From Callorhinchus milii (Eukaryota): a stretch of 64,000 nt of DNA. Both the position numbers and the translations under genes were made by a program. The stretch covers positions 7,316,001 to 7,380,000 of the forward strand of contig NW_024704767.1 of the NCBI RefSeq assembly GCF_018977255.1. Reading direction: 5' to 3'. This document shows, piece after piece, positions 11,158-23,466 of the stretch; positions within the stretch are counted from its first letter, which is position 1; the number at the start of each line of letters is the position of its first letter. The notes beneath the pieces were generated by a model. The model was not told the DNA's origin. It made no database searches and saw only the letters and a program-made list of their open reading frames with translations.

Positions 11158-12835
11158 TGGAGCTGAAATGTGCAGGAATTCTACCACGTTCACAATAACA
11201 AACTTGCTCGAAGCAAATCGGGTCCAAATAATGACTCGTTTAGTCATTATCTATTTGATTCAAGAATGCGCAATGACAACAGAGCGCAAACCTCAGTTAA
11301 AGATGATTTCTATTAATCCAGACGCACCCTTAATAATCGTAGAGCAATTGAGATGAATATGGTCTTATTGCAACAGACAGCGAGCCTTCATAACGACGGG
11401 GTATTAACTGCAATATTTGTATTTGTTTCGCCTCTGATTTGGTGATTGTGGGTAAACGAGCCTCGGTAATAAATTCGTGTGAATTCAGATTGAATTTCGC
11501 CAATCGACTTCCTTAGCGTCCTGTCAAATCGTCATGTTATGTTAGGTATCAATCAAAACAAACAAAATTCCCCAAGTTTTTTTTTAGAAGAATAAAGTTA
11601 AAGTGGGTGCACGAGAAATTAATTAATTCCAGGTTGTGTAAAATGAAAGAAAAAAAATCGATTCACTACTTCCAGTCCTTTGAGATAAATTTCTCTCGTT
11701 GATTAATCTGATTATTAATTGCCCCACCTTTTATATGTATATATAATATGTATTCTAACAGGTCCCGGCCACAAATACACATTTATACATTATACATGTT
11801 ATGTATAATTAATATATGAATAGTATATATGTATACAGTATATATTATGTGATATATATGTGTGTGTATTTGTATATATTTGTGTCAAATTAATTTTCTT
11901 AAACAGCATAGAGGAACAACCACATCACTTACATCTGGAATATTATTTTTTTTAAATAATGTGAATAACTCAGCCTTTCATCCAGGTAAGGTAGATGAAA
12001 GTAGATACATCTAAATGCGATAAGGTGGGGCTTATTGCCTTACACCGTCCGCCGTCTGAGAAACAAATTAAACGGGAGCCGTGTAAATGTAACTCGATTT
12101 TAATCGAGAGTTTGCATTTTGCACCTCTTTTGAAGATTATGCTTCATCTACGACTTGTCAATCATCGGCTAAATCAATTAGCTTCGAACATCAATCCATA
12201 ATGATGAGGTTTTGAATTTTTTGCTCGGGGAGGGGGGAGGGGGGGGTTGTTTTTAAAGTCACTGCTTCGATAAAATATTCATTAAAAATAGTCGACATGC
12301 ACGTGACCATTGGGGGATGAATCACTTAACATTAAATCTCGGACCTGTGCACTGATCGGGGAACTGTCTGGCATCCATTTCTAATTGACAGACATCCCGT
12401 GAATGTCTAGGATGGTTATAGTACAGTAAAGCACCGAGTGTGAGTGAAGAGAATGTACAATAATGCACAATAACTGTATATATATTTTAAAAACAAACAC
12501 AAAGGCTCAGATGTGCTACTCTCTGTGCTGTATTGTGGCTATGAAAACACCCAATCACCTCACCAGTCTGGATTTAATTGCAATGACAAAGTCAACTTCA
12601 TAATGCAATGATCTGTCTCTCTGTATTGGAAGGCAAGAGGGTTAGACATATCTTACCGGTAGTAGTAAGAAGGAATCTTTGAAGTCGGTTCTTTAACTAA
12701 CACGCAGACCGTGGTGAGAATCTGTGCGCAAAGTTAAAGCGAGTTAAACTGCTCACACGGATTGTTTTCCCTTGCAATCGGCCTGGGTTCTCGTGGGTAC
12801 CAGCGTCCAATCCAACAGGCATTTTCGATGGCGCT

Positions 12836-12956
12836 CAGTCAGTCAATCAGGTAGTCAGGCAGGGAGTCAGTCAGTCAGCCAACCAAGCTGGTTAGCCAGC
12901 CAGCCAGTCAGTCAGTCAGCCAGTCAGTCAGTCAGCCAGTCAGCCAGTCGGTCAGT
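12836..12956. repeat. Imperfect (CAGT/CAGC)n tetranucleotide repeat
   Basis: tcagtcagtc...cagccagtcagtcagtcagccagtcag. Confidence 0.9.
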
Positions 12957-15900
12957 GGGTCTGTCTCCAGATGTGCAGGCGCTGAGCCCGAGCTGGCAAT
13001 GTTAGCCTTAGTATTGCAGCACACAGCGGCTGCGCGCAGCCTCTCCCAAGTCTCCAGCCTTCCCATTAAAGCCACACACCCTCTGGAGCGGCCAAGACCA
13101 ACACCCACACACACACAGCGAGAGCTCCCATTGCCGTTAACACGTTACTATTTCAGCATTCATTTCCGCCTTCGTTACATGATGCAATTCTAACAGGTCC
13201 TGACTGCAAAGGCGGTCAAACTGAGCAAATCCCGAAATCGTGTAATCCACAATGTTACTCTCACAGGCACCGCTGCAACAGCTAGAATCTGCAATACTTC
13301 CAACTTCAGATCAATTCTTTCTACATCTGCCGAGGAGGGTAACCTCACAGTGAATTAATTACCAGTGCTATACCTCATCCATCCAAAATACTTAAAACAC
13401 GAATTCAACCATCCAATTCATTTTTTAAATATATATATATTTAAAAAAAGTCCAATAAAGAACAGAACACCGTATTCTCGGGTAAATTATGTGGGTATTT
13501 CAATACATTAAAAAATTACTAATTTTCAGTGAAAATATTTTATGCCATGAATGCGACTGATGAGGAACGTGACTGTTTAATTGATTCTCCACCTTTAACT
13601 GGAGCGAAGCTCCACCCGTCTATCTGTTGGCTCCTTTTCCCACAATTAGCATTGATTAGCAGACTATTATTATATTTGCAAACACTAGGTGTCTCATCCA
13701 CACGAAGTTCTCCGGCTCTTGGCAAAATGAAAAAAAAAAGGGCAAAACATTAAAAAGAAGAATATATCGCTGCAAATTGACATATTAGTAAATGGTCTAT
13801 TTGCAGCCAATTGATGCCGCGGCTTTGTTTCATCCTCGGATGCTTTGGCATATTATGGTACCCACCACCTGCCACGCCCTGTCGATATTGAACCCTGATT
13901 CTCTGTCCAACATCCTCGCCCAGTGCCTTTGTCCTACTTTATACATTCAGTACAATTCTCCACGACCGTCTTTGCTGGTAAATTGTGTTTTGAATATAGC
14001 ACACGAAGGATATGTAAGATTTTAGTCGAATTTTGTTTCAAATTGAAAAACATTCAGGACCTTGGGCGAGTTTCTTAAGGTGCTCCGTTCTAAGCGAATG
14101 TGAGTTTCGGGAGAGAAAAAAAAATTCACAATTTTTAAAATTTACTTGATAAACTAAAACCATTTTTTTTCTGAGAAGGTAGATTTGGGGCCGAACATAC
14201 ACTCTTTGCATCGAGTACTGCACGCGTGATTTTATATCCAAAGGAGATAGATATTCAACCAAATGCCTGGATCAGCTCAAGTTCTGTCCTGAACGAATTC
14301 ACCCTCAGATAGGGTAACATCCAGACAATATTAAGACGTAAGTGTTCTGATTGTTCATAGATTCAATTACAGGCGCAAAGAATGTAAGGTTTAAATATAA
14401 ACGTTGCCTTTAAATGTCCAATTGCTAACACAGTCACGACAAGACAATCCTTACAGGTTGCGAGTTCCACAGGCGTTACCCTCTAGGAATGCGATGGAGA
14501 AAGTGACTGGGGCAATGTCTTCAAATAAGGACCGTTTTCTCGCCTGAAATAATTTGAAATGATCACAAATTTGCAAATACAGTCATCAGCTGTAGGCAAA
14601 AAAACACATTAATGGATCCCCCTCTCCCCCACCCACCACCACACAACACGCACGCATGAAAATGACAGAAATCCCACCCAACTCTAGATTTGAAGTCTAC
14701 ATAAATGGCTTTAAAAATCACTTAAATTAACTGTTCCATTTTCCGAGAAACTTAAAAATGCCATGTGAAACATTTCATTGATGCCATTACGCAAAATATC
14801 CTGATCTGGGTGTATATAATTCGCAACTAAATCGCGTCTTAAAATTAAACAGGTGATGGGGTTCTCTGGCAACCTGCAACAATGCAATGGTCCTCAATAC
14901 TATCCACTTGTTTTGGTCCATTTCTGTGTGTAAATATTCAAAAGGCTCCCCTCTCATTTTCCAGTTAGAAATATTCAGTAGATGGCAACAATTATGATGA
15001 AGTAATTTCCCCAATATTCAACAGATGTTTACATTCACACGGAGTAAATAAAAAAAACAACGTGTCTGGTCTATCATAATAAGAGCAATTCATTTCACAG
15101 CAGCTTTTTAATGTCTGCCAATGGAACTGTGGACTTAAAAATGCACTATGTATTTAGAAATCCCACCCCACCCCACCCCCCCAACATTACACACACACAC
15201 ACACAACTGAAACAGTGCGATAGTGTAAATAAAGCCTTACCTTAACTAGCAACACCTCCCTTAATGGCTGTCAGTCCCTAGCAGTATATTCAGACTATAT
15301 AACGCTCAACGTATTCCTAGCATCGTCAGCCTTACACGTCGGAGGTCGTTCCTATAACCAACCCAAAGAGCCACGTTATCTCAAGACGAGGCAGACATCT
15401 TGTGCCCGCTTAGTAAAAACTTACAGGAAACAGATTAACCCAAGTGCAAGAAATCTTTTCTGCAGATGCCTCCCAACCCCTCGTTTCCTGACGGTTTTGC
15501 TGGTGACCCACAGGTTACATTAGCCAGAGAGAGAGAGAGAGAGATGCAGGAACAATTTAAAGGTAAACATGTTTTGCATTGGTGATCTACCTGGTGGAAG
15601 GTGCCACAGGACGCTAGCCTGTAAAGGTCACTTCTGAGTTTACTCCGTTTATAGGAAATATGCCGCCTGTTGTGAGCAAACTCTCCTCTCTCATACTTCC
15701 ACTTTTCAAACGCTTCGTTGAAGTTACTTTCCTGGCATTGTTCTGGCGTTTGGCACACTGCCCGCCTCGAACCCGGTTCCAGCCAATACCAGACTCAAAC
15801 AACCATGGTCCTTAGCATGAGAAGGTCAGGGAGCGAGGCGATGCCAGTGTGACATTCAGTTAGCAGACAACCGGGTCTCTCGTGTGGGTCACTCTCTCCC

Positions 15901-16071
15901 TCCCCCAATGTGATCATTCAAGGTTGTTATCCTCTCCAATCAGCTCGCACTACGAAAGCGATGTTGGTTCCCTGCTTCCATGTAATTACGCGTGACACGG
16001 TTGGAGACCAATTTTACATACAGTGGAGCTGCTATTGCCTCAATCGCACTGCAGATGATGATGATGATAAT

Positions 16072-16410
16072 ATTAATAATAATAATCCTTGCATTTCATA
16101 TAGCACCTTATCAACAACAGCAACAACTTAGATTTATATAGCGCCCTCCACGCTGGACTGCATCTCAAAGCGCTTAACAATGGCAGAGCCCGAGGCCGAG
16201 CCAGGGGCAGGGGGATGGTGACTATAGGCGCGGTTGAAGAGGAAGGTCTTTAGGTGCGATCTGAAGATGGGGAAGGAGGGGGCGAGGCGAAGGGGTTGAG
16301 ACGGAATACATTGTGAACGGATTGACTATATTTTCTAGATGAAATGCCGTAGCCAATTGCGCACAGCAATGTCCCACAAACAGTTGTGGATTGGTATTTT
16401 TTTGACACAT
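16072..16410 (-). mobile_element. Family-A SINE 3' half interrupted by an L2 3' fragment (16111-16300)
   Basis: (aat)n ccttgcattt tail, then caacaacttagatttatatagcgcc L2 tail, then the SINE body resumes (gccaattgcgcacagcaatgtccc). Confidence 0.82.
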
Positions 16411-18224
16411 GTACTTGTGTACCCCCCCCTCAGAGAAGTCTGACTGTTCTCCGTATATTTATTTGAATGCACAGCACAATCCAGAGTCTTGATGCTGTTT
16501 ATAGTTTTAATTTTAGGCAAGAGCTGATTTTCTGGTCAGATAACATAAAGATGCATTGGAGTGATATATTCATAGCGTAAGACAAATTGCATGTTCAAAT
16601 GTTCTGGGATCCCAATGTCATGGATGGATACCTGCTGGAGTGTGAGTTACTGTATGTTGTGTTGAGAGTTCGAAGGAGACTGAGATGAGTCCATCCTCAA
16701 TCTCTCTCTCTCTGACAGGATAGGGACTGTAACGAGCAGCGCTATATTGAGGCACATGCAACAGTCAGGGTGGAATGGAGTCACAGCTGTGTATGGCGGC
16801 TATGAGAGACCCACCTTTACATAACGTGAAGATTCAGGGCACCAACCGAAATATAAGGGACTTCGGGCGGCTTCTGGTATTATAAATCATCGCTTCGTTA
16901 AAAATGTCAACGCCAGCAGGAATCTGGGCGGGGAGGCACCTCATTCAGATAGATGGATAGACGTGCGTAATCAACTCCCCAGTGATCTAATGTGTATAGA
17001 CACCGCCCAGTGCAGCGTCAGCCATACAGACCATAATGTCACAGCACAAATCCCTGGTCTTTGCTGTTAACTGCATCCAGGAGCAAACACCGAGATACAA
17101 TTTAACCCACAAGTCCAGTAACAAATACAAATAGACAATGGTGTCCATTCTTTATTAATTTGAGAACATTACACTAATTGAAAACGTACCCAAAAGCAAA
17201 AGAGTATAAACATGTTAATATTGAACAAGGGGTGTCATTTCATAAGGCGTCTATGTTTCTAAATCTGGGGGAAGAGCTGAAAAGTGTGAGTAATACAGTA
17301 AAAAAGGAGCACTGTCGCAGTCACGATGACGCCCTTCTGTGCTGAATATTTTCCAATTTTCTAATGTAAATCACACACTGATACTATACCTGCCAAAGAT
17401 CACTATCTCCAAACCACCTTGTTATACTTATTGTTTACATGGATCATTTCAACTCAATGCGAGATCTTACTTTAAATGCATTCATTCTGAGGCCGTATTG
17501 ATGTTGTAGGTGGTCCTGATGTGACGTGCGATGATATTTGTATTTAAAAATAAGATTGTGACAATCACTACAGACTTATACGTAAATAGTGTCCAGAAAT
17601 TATATTTCCGGGTACTTATTCACATATCATTTAGCTGAGATGCGTTCTTTTATGAACTCACACTATAACAGAACGGGATCAATTCCCATTAAGTCAATCG
17701 TAGATAAATTAACAGTTTCAGTGTCATTTTAATTCGATTCTTGCATTCTGACGAAAAATGAAACCTGAAACAGGATCCGATTGTATGTGATGTTTCCCCC
17801 GTTTTGTCTCAGATTCGCTGTGCTTATATTCCGGTTTACTTCTCCTAACAAGTTTTCTTCCTCTATTTTTCCCTTCGTGAAAAGATGTGTAATTTCAGTA
17901 TTATGTAGTTGACTTGTTTTTATGAAAAAGACATGCTTAGCAACTGTTGTTGAGACTGCACTTCACAAGCTACAATTTCAGAAATGTCCTTGGCAATACT
18001 GTACTGTTTGTAGCTTATAGTGGTCAATTTGAATAGAATCAATGACACTTCCAACCCTTGGTCATGAGCTCTGTATTAAAATATTTCTCAGCATTTATTT
18101 TAGCCATTTAAACTTCGATTTCTATTTGTAGGATATGTGCAGCAGTTATTTCTGTTTTATATTCGTTTTAAGACATTGCTTCTACAACTTTCCAGATTCC
18201 CCCCATAGCCTAGACAGGGGGTAA

Positions 18225-18600
18225 ACACACTAACCATGTAGATCAGAAAATCACAGATTCGATTCCTGGTAGTGTGCTGAGTAGCTGATATGAACCAGGG
18301 CAGTATTGGTGGGGTTATAATTGGTCTCAGTGGAACTGGGTTAGAGAATCCTACATCAGCCAGAGTTGCTGCTCTTCATTTGGATCCAAAGACTTCCTGC
18401 TGGAAGGTGTGTGTGTGCGTGTGTGGAAATTGGGTTGAGGACAGGATCAGACCTGCAGAGGCTTAGTCTGGCGACACATTCAGTCTTCAAGGTTCGCACA
18501 TAAATAATAGCCCAGAGCTATCATTTATGGAGGGCACTCGTGGAACTGTTTCCCAGTAATAGCAAAACGAGTCAAATACTTGCAGGAGTGGAGGAGGGAG
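18225..18600 (+). mobile_element. SINE-like repeat (family B) with B-box-like head
   Basis: agattcgattcctggt...gctgagtagctgat...cctgctggaaggtgtg...gaggacaggatcag; partial copies at ~7425, 24560, 28290, 43970. Confidence 0.55.
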
Positions 18601-19758
18601 TACATTGTGTGTGTGTGGGGGGGGGGGGGGGGCGTTGTTATTTGGGAGCGGATAAATATTGCATAACTAGTACTGTAATTGTTACATTAAAAGGCTGAAT
18701 AATGTTCTATTAGATGCTTGTAATCCCCAGTGATCAACTCATTTTGAAATGTGCAGCAAGACAGCAAGATCAAGTGGCAGGATGTAAGTATAAAGACGAG
18801 CACAGACAGGGATATGCTTGTGAAGTTGATTTTGTTTTCAGATGGTGCATGACAGCACATTTTAAATCTGTTTCCGCTGTCAGGAACAAAAAAAAGCTAA
18901 AAACCCCAGTTTACATGCTTCCCACCTTTCTGCAGCCCTCAAAGGAGTGTCAGTCTGAAGGCTTCTCTGTGCCATATCATTTCTGTCAGTACCCTTCAGC
19001 TACACCTGTTTTATCTTCCAGAACTGTAGAGATGTCTGCCATATCTCCCCCTCCTTTCAAATGCTGGCCTACATGCAAATGAAAACAAGCTATACAAGTC
19101 GTAGGCTTTGAACAAAGGTACATATGCTGCTGTCAGTCTGGTACATTCATATAGTCAAAGTTTTCTTTTAAATTGCCTCTCCTTTATGCATGTGTGTGCA
19201 TGTGTGTGTGTGTGTCTGTGTGACGGTAGATACAGATTATACAGAATCAGGATATACGCATTTATTTACGTATGTATCCTTCATGTCATGGACGCATTGA
19301 CCTTTTACTGAAATGTATCGAGATGTGTCCTGTGTCTCTTTCCTGTTTTTCCTAAATCTTAGACATTATATCAGCCAATTGGTTCATTGTACTTTCAATC
19401 TACATCTAGTCTAATTCCGTCATTCCTGATAGTTAATCCTGAGCTCTGCATTTTACATTGTTCCTTTGTTCTGCAATTCCAGATCTAATCGTTCTGGCTG
19501 GTGCTTAGTTTTGATTTTCAGACTCTGCTTGTGGAGTTCATCCCATCGTGCATTAGAATGGTCAATGACCACACCATGAAGGATCTTTCTGGATCTTTTT
19601 CATTCCAAACTGAGCATATTATTCCTTTACTAGTTTCTTTACTTAGCATACCCAATTTCTTATATGTCCACGCACACTAATGTCACAATATTCAATTTGG
19701 AACTACATCTAACAGCGAACAATAACTTTGGCTGGAACACATCTCCCAGGGGCATTTT

Positions 19759-20075
19759 TAATAATAATAATAATCCTTGCATTTGATATAGCGCTTTTCA
19801 CGTCGGGAGGACGTCCCAAAGCGCTTCACAGAACACACTGTAAAGTGAATTGACTGTATATTAGTGGGCGAACGCGGCAGCCAATTGCGCACAGCAATGT
19901 CCCACAAACAGTCGTAGATTGAAAATGACCAATTTATTATTGTTTTTTTTGTTTTGGAGGGATTTTTATTTGGCATGTGGAGTAAGGAAACTTGCCCAAG
20001 GTTTCGCCCTGCCTGGAATTGAACTCAGGTCTCTCGCTTGCAAAGCGAGTGCTCAACCATTGAGCTACAGGACTC
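19759..20075 (-). mobile_element. Family-A SINE, young full-length copy
   Basis: Minus strand: gtagctcaatggttgagcac...gagttcaattcc...body...(att)n; near identical to the 30325 and 59392 copies over the body. Confidence 0.93.
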
Positions 20076-20656
20076 CGATGGGCATGGGCAGCACTCATTC
20101 TACTTAGAATTAAAATCTGTGAAAGGCTGTCAACATGCAACTCCTCTTAAACACAAATAGAGATATGGAACAACTCTTCCTGGTGGCATTTGATTAAGCA
20201 GATATTCAATAAAGTCCAAAAAATGTGTTGCTTGCAAAGACTTTGTAAATATTGAATCTTGCAAGTATTGATCTCCTCCTGGACGCATTGAAATCCCTGT
20301 GGGTTTATGTGACCATCATGATTTAATATTTGTAGATCCTTTGTAAATATCAAATTTTAAACTCCAATGGGTAAGTGTGAAATACATCTTTTTATCTCTT
20401 ATGTGCTAAAGCAACTAATGATCCACAGAGGATACATCAACGATACTTTTCTGCTTTTTTAATTTATAATTTTTCTCATTTTATCTCTTGGGAAACCCTC
20501 ATCCGTGTCTTGGTCACATCCGGTCTTCTTTGATGCTCTGCTTTCTGACCTCCCGAGCTCCACCCTCATTTGGGCCTGTGTAAAGGGGATTTTGCCACTC
20601 AACCTCACTTGTGGAACCAGGAATATGAACTCGGAACTACAGCCCTGTTGGGTCTC

Positions 20657-20735
20657 ATAGGAACATAGGCCCATTCAGCCCCTCCAGCCTGTTCCGCCAT
20701 TCTATTAGATCATGGCTGATCTGTACCTCAACTCC
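20657..20735 (-). mobile_element. CR1-type LINE 3' end fragment
   Basis: cataggcccattcagcccctccagcctgttccgccattc...gatcatggctgatctg resembles shark CR1 3' UTRs (from memory). Confidence 0.6.
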
Positions 20736-20771
20736 AATTACTATTGCATTACAGTCTCCTCAGCTGCACTG

Positions 20772-20772
20772 C

Positions 20773-20843
<71 letters not shown>

Positions 20844-20844
20844 G
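20772..20844. repeat. (TCTG)n microsatellite, ~18 units
   Basis: direct reading. Confidence 0.97.
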
Positions 20845-21857
20845 GTCAGTTGCATCAATCAGAACCGAGGTAAACAAATGATTCTTGACTCAATTGTCAT
20901 AATCACATCGTCTGAGAAATAATCGACCAACTCCCTGATTGGAACCGACTCTCCCAGAAATGTTTTGACAGATTGAAGTGAAAAACGTGATTGATTAAAT
21001 TGTGTTAAAAAAAATCACGCAGTCGGCGTGATTGGGAAGTGTAAAACATGTCAAGCGGCGCCTGTGCTTCTGTTTCTATCAATGTCAGTAAAGATCATTC
21101 TGCTTTTCTTCTTTACCGAATCATATTTCCCCGCTGAGGGCGAGAGAACCTTTGCACGAATCAGCCCAGCCTTGGGGGGTGTACAGTCCTGTACTTTTGA
21201 GCTTGTCTGGCTGATAAATACTCTGAATGGTTACGACAGCGCATGATGTTGACATTGATATAATGTGCATATAAAAAAATGTCTAACATACATTTTAGCA
21301 TCAAAGCAAAATCTATTTCGCGTGGTCCGGGACAGATTAAAGGAACATTTAAAAATAAGCGACCATGCAATCCACGTCCGTTGCACATGATTAACTTGTT
21401 AACTAACCTCTCGGTAAAGATGCTAATTCAAAACGTTCTCCTCCAAAATACACAGTCCCTACGCTTTACGCTTTTTTTTTAAAAAAGGGGGTCTGAGACG
21501 TCTTCTCCGTATCAAATGCAAACGTTACATTTGTTATTTTTACTGGTGTTTTATCTATAAAGTTGTCTATTTTGGAACCGACTATTTGGGATGGAACCGG
21601 TTTAATCATTCCGAAATTTCCCATGAACGGAAAGAGAATCGATAGTCGATAATTCTGTCAGAAGGGTGGCTGGACCCTGTAAGGAATTGGAGAATAGGAC
21701 TTAAAATATCGATATCAATCCTTAAATTTGATATGACTCCGAGAACGTCTGAATGTCCTCTTCAGACATTTGCAGCGACTGTTCTATTTGCAGCCATGGT
21801 TCAGAATAAACCCATTTAAAAATATACCTTCAGAATATACGGTTAATATAACAATAA

Positions 21858-21862
21858 TGTGT

Positions 21863-21893
<31 letters not shown>

Positions 21894-21899
21894 GGGGGG
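21858..21899. repeat. (TG)n followed by a poly-G tract
   Basis: direct reading. Confidence 0.92.
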
Positions 21900-23228
21900 A
21901 GCTGATTGCAAGGCATCCAAATAACTTTTCAAATATCGCCACCGAATAGAATAACAAGGACTAACTGTCTTTAGAATAACTGGGGTGAGAAAGTATAAGC
22001 TAAAATATCAGTTTCAATGATACCACTGTTTTGATGTTTTGATGGAACAAAGAAATAAAAATGGTAAAATTCATTAGACACTAAGAATGGGAGCGGCGAT
22101 CTTATTGCCTAATAGACCCACTTTTATTGCACATATTCTACACATAGGTGTAGAGTAGGGATTACTCAGAATGTGTTGGTGATTACTGTTATTTGTTACA
22201 CACGGCAACAGCTGTTGCCTTTTCCATTGCTCACGGATTCGAGAAGCGGTGAATCGAAATTACTGCGCTGGTTTGCAGCGATGGGGAATCGGCAAGTGGC
22301 TTTTTGTCACGAATCCAATTTGCTACTTGTTTAAACTTTAATAAGTCTGATCCCCGTAGTTTAAAATACGTTTTTTTCCAGCCCGTTGAAATTTAATAAC
22401 GTTGAACATTCATGGTAAAACGATCGTATTTTGATCTTCAGGGGGGAAAATCTATTTATCTCCAATTACAATACATAATTGGTTTGGATTGGCGCATGGG
22501 TTAGCAATTCAAATGGGGATTATAACCCATCACGCCTGTTTATTTTTTAAATAAAATCCCTGGTATAAAATGCATGAAGGAAAAGATTTACGGAAATTTC
22601 CGTTTAGAGAAAATATATATTTTATTTTTAAACCCTTGATACATTATGAATTATTGCTTATTTAATGTTTCCTCGAGTACTTCCTTCTCCAGCAAACGTT
22701 TGCAGGATATTTACAATAAAGGTGAATCTATTATGGTGCCGCATATTAACATGAAAAGATTTTATGTTCCGGACAGACATGATCGTTTGGACGGTGTACG
22801 TTTAATCCGCAGGTTCTGCTCATTTGCTGTGCAAAACTACATAATCAACACATTTTGTGTTTGCACCTTACAACTAATGTTGCTTTATGTGAAAGATGAC
22901 TTACTGGCATTGCACAGAACACATGACACACGCCTGAAAGATAATTGATGGTAACCCGTCTCATCCCTCCCTCTTGTTACCCCATCCCAGTTCTCATCAG
23001 AACCCTTTCTGACTTTGTAATGTCCTGCAACTTGTCACCACCTCGCGATGAGAAACAAAACTGCACCAAATACAGCAGTGACTCCACACGCCATCGCCAA
23101 ACACAACACTCCAGCTCAATTGCATGCTCGAATCCAACATAACACATATCCTGTAGCAAAAGCTTGAGCGACTGAATAGCAATAAAAAAACAAAAAACAC
23201 TTTGCGTGTGCAAACAGTGTGTCCAACC

Positions 23229-23254
23229 TGTGTGTGTGTGTGTGTGTGTGTGTG
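23229..23254. repeat. (TG)n microsatellite
   Basis: direct reading. Confidence 0.92.
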
Positions 23255-23429
23255 AACCAACGACTGGGAATCTGTGAGACAGTGTCTGACAGAACAGGAT
23301 GCACTGCAAATGCAATCACTACTATTCCCTTGAGACATTAAGGAGTTTATACTCATTTATTTATTTTCAAATACAATGAAAAGGGCAATGGAACTGAAGT
23401 AGTCGCTTCTTTGCAGCGGAGGGAAATTT

Positions 23430-23466
23430 GGATATCCTTCCATATCAGCGATATGGAAGGATATCC
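23430..23466. repeat. Perfect inverted repeat, 17-bp arms, 3-nt loop
   Basis: ggatatccttccatatc-agc-gatatggaaggatatcc. Confidence 0.95.

Noticed and set aside
18714-19082. 122-aa ORF in the interval where PML might be expected
   Set aside because: No RING/B-box Cys-His spacing or other recognisable homology, and no convincing splice context.
19990-20075. tRNA-like sequences (also ~5790, 26170-26240, 61560)
   Set aside because: They are SINE heads joined to SINE bodies, without a complete cloverleaf.
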